NCBI GenBank assembly: GCA_026003175.1
Contig: BPGT01000003.1
Coordinates: 268,278-332,277 of the forward strand
DNA from: Armatimonadota bacterium
Lineage (GTDB): Bacteria > Armatimonadota > HRBIN16
DNA: 64,000 bases
Direction: 5' to 3'
Below the pieces are notes generated by a model. It saw only the letters and a program-made list of their open reading frames with translations, did not search any database and was not told where the DNA came from. The number at the start of each line of letters is the position of its first letter. Within the stretch, counting starts at the first letter, position 1. Made by a program: the position numbers and the translations under genes. Of the stretch, positions 40,171 through 49,245 are shown one piece after another.

Positions 40171-40199
40171 TTGCCAAATGCAGCATCAGGCACTATAAT
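40171..40199 (+). promoter_or_regulatory. sigma-70-like promoter TTGCCA-N17-TATAAT
   Basis: Near-consensus -35/-10 with 17-nt spacer in the 477-nt intergenic region. Would give a ~215-nt leader before ATG 40421. Confidence 0.5.
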
Positions 40200-40420
40200 T
40201 TATCTACGCTAAGCGGATGCGCACAGAAGAATCAAACACATTGGGGTTGCTCTTCACCCAACGGCGCTGCCTGTCCGCGGCTGAAGCCGCGCCCTCTCAA
40301 GCGAAGCCAGCCTGCGGAGGCTGGGTTTCGTCTGCAAGGGAAAGGCTTTGCCGTGTGTGTACTGCGTTGAAATTTTCGTGCGTGTTCGCTTAACAACTTA
40401 TCAGAAGTGGAGGGTGCCTG

Positions 40421-41299
40421 ATGCTGTTTCAACCGTTTACGGACTCACGGGCTTTATTGGGCTATCCTGACGCATTGCGAGAGCGGATGCAGGAAGAGGG
40501 GTACCTCTTTATCTCCGAGCTGATTCCCGAAGCGGAGGCAAACGCGCTCTACGAAGCCATCATGCGTATCTGCCGTGAACAGGGTTGGGCAGATGAGCAA
40601 AATCTTGCGCGGGGTGAGCCTCGCCTGGAAGGACATGAAGGCTGGTGGGAGGTATACGACCGCGTGCAGTGTTTAGAGGAATTTCACGCTCTGGCACACC
40701 ATCCCCATATCCTGCGTGTGATAGGAGCGATTGTGCAGGAGCCGGTATTGGTGCATCCGCGCAATATCGCCCGTATTACCTTCCCTGCCACCGCGCATTA
40801 CACCACCCCACCTCATCAGGATTATCCGCTGATTCAGGGCACGCCCGACACCTACACTGTGTGGATACCGCTGTGCGATTGTCCGATAGATCTGGGCGGG
40901 CTGGCGGTTGTGCCCGGTTCTCACAAGGTAGGGCTATTGCCGGTGCATCGCGCCAGCGGACCGGGCGGACTGAGCGTAGACACCAGCCGCTGGGGTGACA
41001 TGTGGCTGGCGCAGGACATGCGTGCTGGTGATGCGCTGGTATTCCATAGCTATACCGTACATCGCGCCCTGGTGAACGTTAGCCAGCGCAGATTGCGCGT
41101 GTCAGTGGACTATCGCTATCAAGGAGCCTCACAGCCCATTGTGGAAGACTCGTTGCGCCCGCATTACGAGCGGCTCAGCTGGGAGCAGGTATATCGCGGC
41201 TGGAAGCGAACGGATATTCAGTACTACTGGCAAAAGTTCGCATTGAACGTGGTATCTCGCGATTTCAGCATCATGCAGCCGGAGGAGGAGTACCGGTAG
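40421..41299 (+). CDS. phytanoyl-CoA dioxygenase (PhyH) family Fe(II)/2-oxoglutarate oxygenase
   Basis: GGAGGGTG before ATG. HQDYP...H facial-triad pattern. 292 aa. Confidence 0.85.
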   Translation: MLFQPFTDSRALLGYPDALRERMQEEGYLFISELIPEAEANALYEAIMRICREQGWADEQNLARGEPRLEGHEGWWEVYDRVQCLEEFHALAHHPHILRVIGAIVQEPVLVHPRNIARITFPATAHYTTPPHQDYPLIQGTPDTYTVWIPLCDCPIDLGGLAVVPGSHKVGLLPVHRASGPGGLSVDTSRWGDMWLAQDMRAGDALVFHSYTVHRALVNVSQRRLRVSVDYRYQGASQPIVEDSLRPHYERLSWEQVYRGWKRTDIQYYWQKFALNVVSRDFSIMQPEEEYR

Positions 41300-41335
41300 A
41301 GGTAAGTTCCCTCACATCAGTCGGAAAGCAGCAAG

Positions 41336-44300
41336 ATGGAAATCTGGATAACCCCTCATACTAGGGGACGCCAGCTGGTGCGCCAGTCGCTGCCATTTCC
41401 TGCAGGATTCCTGCGCGAAGGGCAGTCGCTGCTGGTGTCGGATGCGAAGAACGATATCGCCGCCAGTGTGCGCGTGCTCACGCAACATCCGCGAGACCGC
41501 TCGGCGCGCCGGGCGATGGTGACGTTCGTCTATACTTTTGAAAGCACCGCGCCGGCGCGCTTCCAGTTGACCGCCGCGCCAGAAGAGAGCGACTCCTCGC
41601 TCTCCTTTCCCGTTACCGTGCACGTACGCGGGGAGAGGGTAACCATCGCTTACGAGGATGGTGCCACATTCACCGCACAACTGCTTGCTCCTCAGCGCAG
41701 CACGTCTCAACGGGCGCGTGTGGAGACGATAGAAGAAAACACCCACTTCCTCTGGCTGAGAGTGATACTGCCCGATCCGCAGTGGACGCGCATCATCGAG
41801 GTTCGAGCCGACGTGCTGGGGGGTGTGGCAGTGATCGCCCATCTGCAGCGACATCTGCCCGGAGATGGCTATGCCCCTCCCTTCGGCTGGGAGTTGCGAT
41901 GGCATCAGGCTCCTGCCAATGCTCGCCTGCAACAGGACACGACCTTCACTACCGTCTCTGACACGCCTGTGGAGCACTCGTTGACGGGGGGACAAGGGTG
42001 TGCGTTTCTGGCGGGGGAGTATCGCATCGAGCATCCCGCTGCCCCCTTCACCCGCCGTAGTAAGGTGGAAGCATGGCGCGAAGGCTCCACGCTGGTGTAT
42101 CGCTACTGGCGATGCACTGCCGGTGAAAAAGTACCGATGCAGGAGAGCGCATGGCGTCGCGCGGAGTTCGTGATTTCACCGGCGTCAACCCCATCCCTCA
42201 AGCCCACGCTGCAGTATCCGCAGTCGTTTCGGGTAGACCCGCAGCTGTGGCACGAGCTGTACGGGATAGAACCTCTGCCCAAACTACCACCGGAACTGCA
42301 GGAAGTGCTCCGTTATCATCACGAGGCAATCCTTCGTAGCGTTGCAGCAGGTGACGACTGGGGCAACATCACTGGCTACTCAGACGGCAGTCCTCATGGG
42401 GACGTGTTCGGCATGAACCGTCTCAATCATTGCGCTCCCCTCTTTGAGGAGGCTTATCGTTCTGACGATCCCCGTCTGCTGGAGGCGGCGTTGCTCTGGT
42501 GTCAGAACTTCGCCGACCTCAGCATCTGGTGGGGAGCGAGGGAACACGGCGGCACTCGTTACAACAACGTGGTCGCTCAAGGAGGGACACCTCCTCAGGG
42601 CGACCGCCCTTTTATGTGGCGTTCCAACGACGCGGTGAGTTTCTGCACCAAAGGCTTCGATGCCTTCTACCTCGCTTATGAAGAGACAGGCGACCCGCGC
42701 ATGAAAGAGGCGTTGGAAGCGCAGGTATCTTACGCAAGCCAGTGGGTGCATGCCCATCAGGGAGAATGCCGCAACGTGGGCGTTGTACGCGATTTCGTGC
42801 ACCTCTATGAACTCACCGCCGAGCGCAGGTATCTACACGAGGCATTGCGTCTCTTCCGCGAACTGCGCACCAGACTGTGGGAGAACAACCTGTTTGACCA
42901 GGGCGGTAAGCCCCCTTCCCCGCACCTGCCCTTCTTTGACGACGACGCTACCGGTTTGCGGTACGGTTACGCAAAGCCGTATATCATCGGTTACGCGCTT
43001 GCGGGGTTGCCTGCTCTGCTGCGTTACGCCCGCACAGAGCCGCGGCTCAGAGAGGTGGTAAAAGCGGTGTCGGATTTTCTGGCGGAAAGCCAGGACCCCC
43101 TCGGCGGGTGGCGATATCCTCACCCCCGTTCCAGTACGCTGATACTCTCGCAAGCAATGGAGCACGCGTGGCAGATAGTGCAGGCGGACAGGGCGATCGG
43201 CGCGACTCAGAGCCATCTGGACACCGTAGAGCGCGTGCTTCGCCAGCGAATCTACGTGTTGCGCGAGAAAGGCAGCCTGCTCAGCGCGGTGCGAGGTTGG
43301 GAGTGGGAAACGGGCACTGTCAAGAGCCAGGGGGATATCAACACGCTTTACCGTCGCTTCGAAGAGCGCGACTTTATCCGCGACTACGAGCAGGGACAGG
43401 TGCAACTGGGTACCTCTCCGCCCGAAGGGCTGGTGTACTTCACAGAGGTACTGGCGTTTTATCTGAAGCATCGCCCACTATCGCGCCTGCTCTCCCCTCT
43501 GTTGGAGAATGAGCCGCTGGCAAAAGTGCTGCGTCGTGTTTCGCAACGAGAAACCCTTGAGTCCCGTCATATAATAAACCGCCAGGAGGCACCCGCCATG
43601 CTGGTCACCGCCAACAATCCGAACCCCAAAGCCTTTCCCATACTGGCGGTGTGGGAAGATGAAGAGCTGAGCCCGGGCAGGAAACTCACGATGGTCGCAG
43701 CAACCTTCCCCAATGTGCCCGGCTTCACCTGCGATTCATGGTGCTACGAAAGCGATGTAGACTTCGTGGACGCCCGCCCCTTGTCCAGAGGCAGGCTTCA
43801 ACTGCGCCATCGCTGGCGAGCGCACCCACAGGTATTGCTGATAACCGTCGTCACGCCAGAGCCGGGTGCGGTGGAGTTTCTTGCTCACCTGGAACTGGCG
43901 GACAAGCGAGCGGAAATACCTTCCCAGATGCCTTTTGTCAACCTGTGCTGGCAGGTGCGTCGCGCCCCCGCGTTCGCCAGCAAGCCAGACCCCTATCCCG
44001 AGTTCGTCAAGCGATGCTTTATCTTTACCGCAAAAGGCAGAACATTCTTGCACGAGGCGGAGCGACGCAAAATCCCCGTGCGCTCAGCCGATGACCCGTA
44101 CAACAATCCGCCCTGGGTGCAGATGTACGCGGCAGCATGGATACCATTACCAAAAGCGTCTCCGGACTCCTGGGCGGATTATAGCCCAGCCCAATATACG
44201 ACACCGGTTATCGGGGTAGTGTCGCGCGATGGCAGGTATCTCGCTGCGCTGGCGAACGACTCGGCGACCGTGATGGCGCAGGCGTGGCACGACTGTCTGC

Positions 44301-44464
44301 ACAACAACCCGCAGTGGGCGCCTGCCAATGCACCGCCGCTGAAACGCCGATGGAGACTGAAGGCGTACGCACTACCGAACGATCCGAACGCTTTGCTCAA
44401 GCGGGTGGGTAAAGATTTTCCAGACGCCTTGCGTTACCTTCCCGTCCAAAGCAAGCCCGAATGA
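41336..44464 (+). CDS. large hypothetical protein (1042 aa)
   Basis: Single uninterrupted coding-like ORF between two PhyH-family genes. No family recognised; possibly (alpha/alpha)-toroid-like. Confidence 0.8.
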   Translation: MEIWITPHTRGRQLVRQSLPFPAGFLREGQSLLVSDAKNDIAASVRVLTQHPRDRSARRAMVTFVYTFESTAPARFQLTAAPEESDSSLSFPVTVHVRGERVTIAYEDGATFTAQLLAPQRSTSQRARVETIEENTHFLWLRVILPDPQWTRIIEVRADVLGGVAVIAHLQRHLPGDGYAPPFGWELRWHQAPANARLQQDTTFTTVSDTPVEHSLTGGQGCAFLAGEYRIEHPAAPFTRRSKVEAWREGSTLVYRYWRCTAGEKVPMQESAWRRAEFVISPASTPSLKPTLQYPQSFRVDPQLWHELYGIEPLPKLPPELQEVLRYHHEAILRSVAAGDDWGNITGYSDGSPHGDVFGMNRLNHCAPLFEEAYRSDDPRLLEAALLWCQNFADLSIWWGAREHGGTRYNNVVAQGGTPPQGDRPFMWRSNDAVSFCTKGFDAFYLAYEETGDPRMKEALEAQVSYASQWVHAHQGECRNVGVVRDFVHLYELTAERRYLHEALRLFRELRTRLWENNLFDQGGKPPSPHLPFFDDDATGLRYGYAKPYIIGYALAGLPALLRYARTEPRLREVVKAVSDFLAESQDPLGGWRYPHPRSSTLILSQAMEHAWQIVQADRAIGATQSHLDTVERVLRQRIYVLREKGSLLSAVRGWEWETGTVKSQGDINTLYRRFEERDFIRDYEQGQVQLGTSPPEGLVYFTEVLAFYLKHRPLSRLLSPLLENEPLAKVLRRVSQRETLESRHIINRQEAPAMLVTANNPNPKAFPILAVWEDEELSPGRKLTMVAATFPNVPGFTCDSWCYESDVDFVDARPLSRGRLQLRHRWRAHPQVLLITVVTPEPGAVEFLAHLELADKRAEIPSQMPFVNLCWQVRRAPAFASKPDPYPEFVKRCFIFTAKGRTFLHEAERRKIPVRSADDPYNNPPWVQMYAAAWIPLPKASPDSWADYSPAQYTTPVIGVVSRDGRYLAALANDSATVMAQAWHDCLHNNPQWAPANAPPLKRRWRLKAYALPNDPNALLKRVGKDFPDALRYLPVQSKPE

Positions 44465-44485
44465 ATCTTCAGAGAGGTGAACGCA

Positions 44486-45397
44486 ATGCAAGCGACAAAC
44501 CGTATCGCTATCACCGATGAGGAACGCGACTTCTTCCTGCAGAATGGCTTCCTCGTCCTGCGTAATGTGCTTGAAGGAGAGGAATTGCGCCATGTTCAGC
44601 AGGCAATGGACGACCTGACCGCGTATGGCTCCGCTGAGGTACGCGACGACCCCGACTACATGTACGGAACAGGGCCCCAATCGGGCAAACCTGTCCTTCG
44701 GCGCATCGAGTATGTTATCGACAAGCGCGACGAGATGAAAGTGCTTCTGGGGCATCCTTTCATCCTGCGCTCTGTGGAGAAGCTGATGGGCACAGACCTC
44801 ATCCCCACGTGGGACTCGATGGTGCTGAAGATGCCCGGCGAGGGAATCATCGTTCCCTGGCATCGTGACGCCGGCACCGAGTTTGTCGGTGATACCCCTA
44901 TCTTCAACGTGGACTTCTACCTGGACGAAGCAGACGAAGATACCTGCTTATGGGTTCTGCCGGGCAGCCATCTTTGGGATGCGGAGCGGGTACAGCAGTG
45001 GCTCGCTGACCACAAAGAGCGTGACACCACCAAAGCGGATTTTAAGGCATCCGGTGCGGTGCCAGTCTTCATGCAACCGGGAGATGTGCTGTTCCACAAT
45101 ATTCTGGTATTGCACGGCTCGCCGTACAACCTGTCGGACAAAATCCGCCGTGTGGTATACTATGAGTTCCGTGCCGCACATGTGGAGCACGAGCTGGGTC
45201 CCCACGTGCCCGAATACATCCCGCTGAAGCAGCGCGTGTTGCTCCACTGTATCGAGAAACGCAGGCAGGCGCAGTACATTCCGGAGGACGAAGTACCTTA
45301 TGAGTATAACCCCCCGGAGCCGTTTACGGTAGAATGGCAGCCGGGTACGGATTTGCCCACATACCGCTATCCCCATGAGCAATACTGGAGGAGTTAA
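44486..45397 (+). CDS. phytanoyl-CoA dioxygenase (PhyH) family protein
   Basis: AGAGAGGTGA then ATG 44486 (MQATNRIAITDEE...). WHRD and HGS motifs. Confidence 0.85.
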   Translation: MQATNRIAITDEERDFFLQNGFLVLRNVLEGEELRHVQQAMDDLTAYGSAEVRDDPDYMYGTGPQSGKPVLRRIEYVIDKRDEMKVLLGHPFILRSVEKLMGTDLIPTWDSMVLKMPGEGIIVPWHRDAGTEFVGDTPIFNVDFYLDEADEDTCLWVLPGSHLWDAERVQQWLADHKERDTTKADFKASGAVPVFMQPGDVLFHNILVLHGSPYNLSDKIRRVVYYEFRAAHVEHELGPHVPEYIPLKQRVLLHCIEKRRQAQYIPEDEVPYEYNPPEPFTVEWQPGTDLPTYRYPHEQYWRS

Positions 45398-45403
45398 AAA
45401 CTG

Positions 45404-45865
45404 ATGGGAGGTCAACAGTTGCAATTCACCGCTCAAATCGTTCGGCAAGGGAGCAGGACGTTTCTCGTTCTGCCAGAGGAGGTAGTAGCAAGATGGGGCA
45501 AGAAACCCCACCACTACGTGGCAGGAACCATCCACAATCGTTCCATACGTGGGCGCACCGAGATCCAAGCGGCACAGTATATCCTGCCTCTGGGTCCAAC
45601 ATGGCTTCAGGATAACGACATCCAGGCAGGAATGATTGTGGAGTGCGTGCTCTCCCTGGAAAGTCCGGTATTCGAAGAGCTCGCCCGCGACATCGCAAGC
45701 GCGCTTGAGGCAGAGCCGCAAGCAAAGGCGTTTTTCGAGGAGATAGCGCCGTTCTACCGCAAAAACTACCTGCGGTGGATAGAAGAAGCCAAACGCCCTG
45801 AAACGCGCGCCAGGCGTATCGCCGAGGTGGTGCAGCTGCTGAAAGAGGGGCGCAGGCAGAGGTAG
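45404..45865 (+). CDS. DUF1905 + YdeI/OmpD-associated family protein
   Basis: N-terminus QFTAQIVRQGSRTFLVLPEEV (DUF1905-like). C-terminus ..FYRKNYLRWIEEAKRPETRARRI (YdeI-like). 6 nt after previous gene. Confidence 0.8.
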   Translation: MGGQQLQFTAQIVRQGSRTFLVLPEEVVARWGKKPHHYVAGTIHNRSIRGRTEIQAAQYILPLGPTWLQDNDIQAGMIVECVLSLESPVFEELARDIASALEAEPQAKAFFEEIAPFYRKNYLRWIEEAKRPETRARRIAEVVQLLKEGRRQR

Positions 45866-45870
45866 TTTTT

Positions 45871-46185
45871 TTACCTCTGCTTCCTGTCCCTCTGCCATAA
45901 ATGATAGGCTACCAGAGCCTGGAACAGGGTAAACAGTACCAGCATGATGCTATTGAGAACGTACAGCGAGATGAAGAAACCCGTGAGGCGACGGATAAGC
46001 ACAATCAGCACCAGCCCGAACAGCAGATTGGCGATGTACACCAGCATCCAGCAGCCGATAAACTCCAGCGCCCCCTGTATCGCTTGCGCAATGTCTTCGC
46101 GCTGGATACGCCATACCTGCCTGGCGTAAAGGTAACCGGCGAAGGAGCTCAACAGTATCAGCAGGGGGACGTACAGTTTATCCAT
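45871..46185 (-). CDS. small membrane protein (3 TM)
   Basis: ATG 46185 (MDKLYVPLLILLSSFAGYLYA...) one nt after stop of DUF218 gene; GGGGGAGTGAG upstream. Confidence 0.6.
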   Translation of the reverse strand: MDKLYVPLLILLSSFAGYLYARQVWRIQREDIAQAIQGALEFIGCWMLVYIANLLFGLVLIVLIRRLTGFFISLYVLNSIMLVLFTLFQALVAYHLWQRDRKQR

Positions 46186-46186
46186 C

Positions 46187-46864
46187 TCACTCCCCCGCGC
46201 GGTAGAGCCATCGTGCCAACGCTTCACGCAGTGTGTAGTGCATCAGTTCCAATCGCCCCTCTGTGCCTTCGGTATCGACTGGTAAGTCGTCCGCGGTGAC
46301 AGGGAACACTTTCAGACCGTATCGTTCGAAACGCGGCACCGCACGAGGCAGGTGAAGCGAGGTGCTCACCAGCAGGATGCTTTTTGCCCCTCTCTGGCGC
46401 AGGTTCTTCGCGATGTTTTCTGCCTCCTCAGCAGTAGTCTGAGCGTGCGTTTCCATTAAGATAGCCTTTTCGGGCACCCGCAGCTGGCGGGCGAGCGCAG
46501 CGCGTACTTCCGCCTCTACCGGAGACCCCTCGTACGACGTGCCCGAGAAGACGATAAGCGGCGCAAGCCCGCGGTGATACAGCACGATACCCTGTATGGC
46601 TCGACGCATGGACGATTCGCTTAGTGTACCATCTCGATATACACTGGCTCCCAGTACCACAATCGCATCAGCAGGCTGTATTTGGGAAGAGATGGCCAGA
46701 GCGCGTGCGAGCATATTGGGTAAGGGCGTATACACGCTGAGCAGTACCCCCAGCACGCCCAGCAAGCCGAGCAGACGCAGCAACTTTTGCAGGCGGGTGT
46801 TTCGAGTCATCAGTGTGAACCCTTGTTCCACGCCGGTGCAAGAGTTTCCTGCTACGGTAGCCAT
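46187..46864 (-). CDS. DUF218 (YdcF/ElyC/SanA-like) domain protein
   Basis: N-terminal TM then DAIVVLGA...LIVFSGT motifs of DUF218. GAGGAGGG before ATG 46864. Confidence 0.8.
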   Translation of the reverse strand: MATVAGNSCTGVEQGFTLMTRNTRLQKLLRLLGLLGVLGVLLSVYTPLPNMLARALAISSQIQPADAIVVLGASVYRDGTLSESSMRRAIQGIVLYHRGLAPLIVFSGTSYEGSPVEAEVRAALARQLRVPEKAILMETHAQTTAEEAENIAKNLRQRGAKSILLVSTSLHLPRAVPRFERYGLKVFPVTADDLPVDTEGTEGRLELMHYTLREALARWLYRAGE

Positions 46865-47565
46865 ATCGTGCCTGTGCCCTCCTCACCCAGTACTTCACCG
46901 CCGTACATCCATGCTCTCGCTGCCAGCCACGCGCAGAAGAGCGCGTCCACTCTATCTTCAAACTGCTTCCACTCGGAGTTGGTGTCGGCAATCACACTCA
47001 GCCAGTTTGGTAAACACAACTTCGGGTTTGAGAGGCGGCCGAGCAGCTCAATATACTGCCGCATCTGCTCGCGACGGTATGTGAGGCTCCTGCCCGGTCG
47101 CGCCTTGTATTCCACAATGCGGGGCAAACCGAATAGCTTTACCATCGCCGCATGAGGGTGTACTTCGAAGGCAACACGACAGGGTTCCCGTTGCGGAGGG
47201 GCAGGCATCACCTGCACGTGCAGGCGTTCAGCCAGCAGAGTGCAGAGCCGCTCGCCGCGAGGAGGGTCACCCAGTAGTCGCCGGTTCGCCGGGTGGCAAG
47301 CTGCATGGAAACGGGCAAACCGCCTGCGCATTTCAACCTCCACCGGACGCTCTCCGCTAAGGTTAGGAACCACTAGAGGTGCATCAATGGCGATAACCAG
47401 CGTACCGCCGTCATCCTGCTCAGCGATCGCCTGGCAAATCTGCTCGTCGGTAACCAACAGCTGCGCAGGCGTGACCTCGTGCAAGGCTTCTGCCTGCCAG
47501 TGCAGTATCGCCAGCCCGGAGGGTTTCCGGTTGCCCCAGGCAAGATCTATTCCGACAAACATCAT
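46852..47565 (-). CDS. DUF429 domain protein (predicted RNase H-like nuclease)
   Basis: MMFVGIDLAWG... N-terminus characteristic of DUF429. Confidence 0.8.
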   Translation of the reverse strand: MMFVGIDLAWGNRKPSGLAILHWQAEALHEVTPAQLLVTDEQICQAIAEQDDGGTLVIAIDAPLVVPNLSGERPVEVEMRRRFARFHAACHPANRRLLGDPPRGERLCTLLAERLHVQVMPAPPQREPCRVAFEVHPHAAMVKLFGLPRIVEYKARPGRSLTYRREQMRQYIELLGRLSNPKLCLPNWLSVIADTNSEWKQFEDRVDALFCAWLAARAWMYGGEVLGEEGTGTIWLP

Positions 47566-48791
47566 CTACGCTCTCTAATATACCGAATCACCACTGTGCC
47601 GATTGCCCAGTACACCATTGCCAGCACCATCAGCGCACGATAGCCCGCCCCCATCTGCACCTGCTTATTGATGGCGTATGCAATCGGTCCGGCGATTAAA
47701 GGAGCAATCACCTGCGGCAGGGTGTCCGCAATGCCCCACACACCCATGTACTTCGCCGGAGCCTCCTCTGACAGCAGGTTGCACGCTAACGCCCAGTCCA
47801 CCGCCTGAAACACGCCGAATCCTGCTCCGAAGATGCCTACCGCGATGTAAACCACTCGTAGGTCGGTGGCAAAGAGAAAACCTATGCCCGCCACCAAGCA
47901 GATGAGGCAGGAGAGAGCCAGTATCAGCCGTTTGCTGTAGCGGTCGGCGAGCTTGCCTGCGGGAATCGTGCCTAAAATGCCGGTGACGGTGGAGAGTATC
48001 ATGAGATTGGTGATAAGCTGGAACGCCTCCTCGCGATAGCCTAATGTATCGCGCAGGTAGTATAGCAGGCAGAAGTTGACCGTATAAATACCCATCATGA
48101 TGGCGAGACGGCTTACCAGCAGCCACACAAAGCTCGGGTAGGGTTTCAGCGGCACACGGTAGCTGGAAGTTATCGCCTCCCACAGGGTGGGCGCGTTGCC
48201 GGTGTAAGGCTCTTCGCGGATGAGCCACACGTTCAGCAGCATGAAAGCGTTGAGGAAGAGAGCAAACAGCACCATCAGCCAGAATAACCCACGCTCCGAG
48301 CCCAGCAACAGACTGGCGGCGAAGGGACCGCCGATGCGTCCTAACAGGGTGCAGATGCCCATCCACGCCGAAGCGGTTCCGTGATACTGCCAGGGGATGC
48401 GGTCGGGAATCAGAGCCTGGTAGGGTCCGTTAGCCACGTTCAGAAAGAACTGGATAATGATGTAAACACCCATGAGCGTCCATGCGGTGCGTGCAGCGGG
48501 GAAAGCAAACAGCGCGATGGTCGTGAGCACGGTACCCACAATCAGGTAAGGACGTCTGCGCCCCATGCGGTGGCGGCTACGGTCGCTGATTGCGCCGAAC
48601 AGGATTTGCGTGGCAGAAGCTACGAACGCGCCGATGCTGGTTACTATCGCCAACACGCGGTCCTTTTCCTGTGAGCCAACCAGCTGCTCCACACGGTCGG
48701 GTAGAACCAATATCAGCACCGCGCCCCAGAAAAAGGAGAGCGCAAACCAGAAGAGGCTGATACCTAAATAGTCACGCAGGGTGGGTTTCAT
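47562..48791 (-). CDS. MFS transporter (sugar/glycoside type)
   Basis: 12-TM pattern. ORF extends to TTG at 48950; preferred ATG 48791 (MKPTLRDYLGISLFWF...). 4-nt overlap with DUF429 gene. Confidence 0.85.
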   Translation of the reverse strand: MKPTLRDYLGISLFWFALSFFWGAVLILVLPDRVEQLVGSQEKDRVLAIVTSIGAFVASATQILFGAISDRSRHRMGRRRPYLIVGTVLTTIALFAFPAARTAWTLMGVYIIIQFFLNVANGPYQALIPDRIPWQYHGTASAWMGICTLLGRIGGPFAASLLLGSERGLFWLMVLFALFLNAFMLLNVWLIREEPYTGNAPTLWEAITSSYRVPLKPYPSFVWLLVSRLAIMMGIYTVNFCLLYYLRDTLGYREEAFQLITNLMILSTVTGILGTIPAGKLADRYSKRLILALSCLICLVAGIGFLFATDLRVVYIAVGIFGAGFGVFQAVDWALACNLLSEEAPAKYMGVWGIADTLPQVIAPLIAGPIAYAINKQVQMGAGYRALMVLAMVYWAIGTVVIRYIRERR

Positions 48792-48994
48792 TGCCCTATG
48801 CAATTCGGTGTAAGAGGGCAACATTCCTTGCTGCTTCAGATGCATCGCATCCAACGGGCCGCCACGAGGGTTGCCCCTATGTTCGGGGACACTGCGAAGC
48901 ATGCGGCTGAAGCAGTCTCCTGCGGTGATTGGGTGTTTGCCAAAAAGCAATCCTGCAAAATCTTCCTGCTGTTTTACATATCAGCGTTTACCCT

Positions 48995-49180
48995 GAGGGT
49001 GTTCGAAATTGCTGGTTGAATGGATAGATAACCTAACCCCCTTGCCCCCTTCCCTGCAAGGGAAGGGGGAACGCCCCTCTCCTCGTAGGAGAGGGGACGG
49101 GGGTGAGGTAAGGCAGGGATAGCAAGAACGCCTCTCTCCTTGCGCTACAACCAACTTCTCAACAATTCTCGAACACCCTC
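48995..49180 (-). mobile_element. MITE copy B (186 bp, inverted relative to A/C), flanked by 9-bp direct repeat GTTTACCCT (48986-48994 / 49181-49189)
   Basis: Perfect 13-bp TIRs GAGGGTGTTCGA(A/G) / (C/T)TCGAACACCCTC. Interior near-identical to rc of copy A. Intergenic between MFS and GntR-type regulator genes. Confidence 0.8.
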
Positions 49181-49188
49181 GTTTACCC

Positions 49189-49217
49189 TTGACATATCTG
49201 GCGGGTTGATATAGAAT
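49189..49217 (+). promoter_or_regulatory. sigma-70-like promoter TTGACA-N17-TAGAAT, -35 box partly formed by the MITE target-site duplication
   Basis: Immediately right of MITE B; upstream of regulator gene 49246. Confidence 0.5.
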
Positions 49218-49245
49218 GAATGTGAATGTTATAGAACAAATCGTG

